From positions 1 through 18,331 of the forward strand of contig JAVKIJ010000067.1 of NCBI GenBank assembly GCA_031459535.1: a stretch of DNA of 18,331 nt. Direction: 5' to 3'. Positions 16,363 through 18,331 of the stretch are shown here, piece after piece. The stretch's first letter is position 1. Every line of letters starts with the position of its first letter. The notes under the pieces are model-generated. The model was not told the origin of the DNA. It was given only the letters and a program-made list of their open reading frames with translations, and did no database searches. Source of the stretch: Candidatus Fervidifonticultor quintus. GTDB lineage: Bacteria > Sysuimicrobiota > Sysuimicrobiia > Sysuimicrobiales > Humicultoraceae. Both the position numbers and the translations under genes were made by a program.

Positions 16363-17910
16363 CTACACAGGCAGGACGCCGTTATGGCGCTCGGGCCACC
16401 GCCGCTCCTTAAAGGCATAGGCTGTGAAGCGGCGGATGAGCTCATCCCGCAGGGCAGTCGCCGGGACGATGTCCTCCACAAAGAACTCCGATGCCACCGC
16501 GTAGGGGTCGATGTTCTCCTCGTATTCACGCCGGCGGGCGGCAATGAAGGCGGCCCGTTCGCCTTCGGGCAGCTCGGCGATCTTGTGGAAGTATACAGCG
16601 TTGATGGCCGCCTCAGGCCCCATCACGGCCGGGCGGGCCGTGGGCAGAGCCAGGGTGCAGTCAGGCTGCATGGGGTTGCCCGACATGGCCAGGTACCCGC
16701 CGCCGTAGGCTTTGCGGACGATGACGCAGATGCGCGGAACCGTGGCCGCGGCGACGGCGAACAGCATCTTGGCCCCGTGGCGGATGATGCCCTGGCGTTC
16801 CACCTGGGAGCCGATCATGAATCCAGACACGTCGCACAAAAACAGCAGGGGAATGTTGAAGGCGTTGCACAGCCACACAAAACGCGCGGCTTTGTCCGAC
16901 GAGTCGACAAACAGCACCCCGCCCTTCACCCGGGGCTGATTCGCCACGATGCCCACCGGCCGCCCGCCCAGGCGGGCCAACCCCGTGATGATCTCTGGGG
17001 CGAACAGCTTTTTGATCTCCAGCCAGCTCTCGGCGTCGATGAGCCGGAAGATCAGCTCGTACATGTCGAACGGGACGCTCTGGTCCACCGGGATGATCTC
17101 CTCCACGGGGCGGCCCGGGGCGGGGTCGGCTTCTGGCGCCTGGGGTGGCAGCTGGCGCCAGTTCTGGGGAACGTAGCTCAGGTACCGTCGGGCCACGTCC
17201 AGCGCCTCGCGGTCCGAAGAAACCAAAATATCACCCAGACCGCTGACGGTGCAGTGCATGCGCGCACCGCCCATCTCCTCCAGGGTGACCTTTTCTCCGA
17301 TCACCATCTCCGCCATGCGGGGGGAGCCCAGGTAGGCACTGACGTTGCCGTCCACCATAATGCAGATGTCGCACAGAGCCGGCACGTATGCCGACCCGGC
17401 TGGCGACGGCCCGAACAGCACGCACACCTGGGGAATGCGTCCCGAGAACCGGATCTGGTTGTAGAAGATGTTGCCCATGGCGTCGTGGCCAGCATAGCAG
17501 TACTGCTGCTCATCCAGCCGCGCTCCAGCCGAGTCCACCAGATAGATGAGGGGGATACCTAACTCGTCGGCCTTCTGTTGGGTGTACGTCATCTTGCGAT
17601 AGGTGACTCGCCCCCAGGTGCCGGCCTTGACGGTGATGTCGTTGGCAATAACGGCCACCGGCCGGCCCTGGATGCGGCCAAACCCCGTAACCACTGCGTC
17701 GGCCGGCAGGTTGTCCAGGGTGCGGGCCAGGAGGCCGTCCTCCACGAACGAGCCCGGATCCAGCAGGTACGCAAGGCGGTCCCGGACGAACATCTTGCCC
17801 TGCTCGGCCAGCTGGCGGTGGTACTTATCCGGCCCGCCGGTCCGCGCCGCCTCCCGGCGTGCCTGTAGCTGACGGTGCAGCGCCTGCGCTTGTGTCTCGG
17901 GCGTCTCCAT
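16363..17910 (-). CDS. Acyl-CoA carboxylase carboxyltransferase subunit (methylcrotonyl-CoA carboxylase beta / YngE-like)
   Basis: ANDITVKAGTWG, YLVDSAGARL, YLGSPRMAEMVIGEKVTLEEMGGARMHC, GIVANQP, GFMIG..ERQGII.HGAK, RKAYGGG, AVMGPEAA. ATG 17910 is better spaced from AGGAG than ATG 17916. Confidence 0.93.
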   Translation of the reverse strand: METPETQAQALHRQLQARREAARTGGPDKYHRQLAEQGKMFVRDRLAYLLDPGSFVEDGLLARTLDNLPADAVVTGFGRIQGRPVAVIANDITVKAGTWGRVTYRKMTYTQQKADELGIPLIYLVDSAGARLDEQQYCYAGHDAMGNIFYNQIRFSGRIPQVCVLFGPSPAGSAYVPALCDICIMVDGNVSAYLGSPRMAEMVIGEKVTLEEMGGARMHCTVSGLGDILVSSDREALDVARRYLSYVPQNWRQLPPQAPEADPAPGRPVEEIIPVDQSVPFDMYELIFRLIDAESWLEIKKLFAPEIITGLARLGGRPVGIVANQPRVKGGVLFVDSSDKAARFVWLCNAFNIPLLFLCDVSGFMIGSQVERQGIIRHGAKMLFAVAAATVPRICVIVRKAYGGGYLAMSGNPMQPDCTLALPTARPAVMGPEAAINAVYFHKIAELPEGERAAFIAARRREYEENIDPYAVASEFFVEDIVPATALRDELIRRFTAYAFKERRWPERHNGVLPV

Positions 17911-17925
17911 CGGCATCTCTCCTGG

Positions 17926-18234
17926 TCAGTCGTCGGGAATCTCCATCCGCAGGAGTGCGGTGCCCATGGCCTTGCCCGTCTGGTCAAACCGCAGGGTGCG
18001 GGTCGCACCGCCGTCCAGAGCGTTGTGCAGCACCACCAGCAGCGCCTGCAGCCCGGGCAGCGGATAGATTCGCACCGGTCCGCGCACCATGGGCCCGAAA
18101 AAGGCTGCCACCCGTTCGGGCGTCACGTGGTTCAGCAGCCGCCGGTAGGCCTCCGGCGTGCGCGCCAGCAGGCCCACGGTACACGTGTCCCCTTTGTCAC
18201 CCGAGCGAACGTAGGCCAGATCCACTAACCTCAC
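17926..18234 (-). CDS. Small AtuA-related protein (stand-alone C-terminal AtuA-like domain)
   Basis: 102 aa with RSGDKGD and LHNALDGG..RTLRFD..GK motifs characteristic of the short AtuA-related family; AAGGAGG RBS and GTGA overlap. Confidence 0.85.
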   Translation of the reverse strand: MRLVDLAYVRSGDKGDTCTVGLLARTPEAYRRLLNHVTPERVAAFFGPMVRGPVRIYPLPGLQALLVVLHNALDGGATRTLRFDQTGKAMGTALLRMEIPDD

Positions 18235-18331
18235 GTCTGTCCTCCTTCGTCCGGCCGTCGTCGCACGAGTAGGTGGTACACGCTGGTGGCGACCACCTCG
18301 CCGGTGTACTTGCGGACAGTTTGCTGGAACG
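18231..18331 (-). CDS. C-terminus of a probable MaoC-like (hotdog-fold) dehydratase (partial)
   Basis: Hand translation ...FQQTVRKYTGEVVATSVYHLLVRRRPDEGGQT* resembles the terminal strands of MaoC-like proteins (V-x-N-Q-x-G-E-V-V...L-V-R-R-R). Its stop overlaps the next GTG. Only 32 aa are visible. Confidence 0.55.
   Translation of the reverse strand, partial: FQQTVRKYTGEVVATSVYHLLVRRRPDEGGQT

Noticed and set aside
16384..17562. 392-aa plus-strand ORF, and similar long alternative-frame ORFs (1004..2119, 6380..7390, 7941..8888, 8303..9358, 13222..14262)
   Set aside because: They largely or wholly overlap well-supported genes and have either Arg/Gly/Pro-rich or typical antisense composition, with no family motifs.
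1..18331. CRISPR arrays, tRNA/rRNA genes, tandem repeat arrays, defence or retroelement genes
   Set aside because: None seen. The window is almost fully coding, and no intergenic gap exceeds about 190 bp or shows periodic repeats.

Overview
High-GC (about 70% by eye) bacterial accessory region dominated by uptake and catabolism genes. From left to right: (1) the left end of an IS481-family element running off the window start, which the ORF track missed; (2) a family-5 (Dpp/Opp-type) solute-binding protein with no permease in view; (3) a frameshifted LLM-class oxidoreductase pseudogene; (4) an IclR-family regulator; (5) divergent from it, a tightly coupled + strand operon of LLM-class (probably F420-dependent) oxidoreductase, EthD/DUF4286-like protein, PLP aminotransferase, SDR, polar amino-acid ABC ATPase, permease, Tat-exported binding protein and a second SDR; (6) a converging - strand operon entering from the right edge, with a MaoC-like dehydratase tail, small AtuA-related protein, three-component biotin-dependent acyl-CoA carboxylase, HpcH/HpaI aldolase, Tat-exported binding protein, two permeases without an ATPase and a signal-less LivJ-fold protein. 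Non-coding signals found by eye are a shared 17-bp IclR/KdgR-like box upstream of two transcription units and two SigH-like promoters. The best candidate for an undescribed system is the carboxylase/MaoC/AtuA/HpcH operon with its paired, residue-altered transporters, whose substrate is unknown. All family calls come from motif recognition, not database searches.
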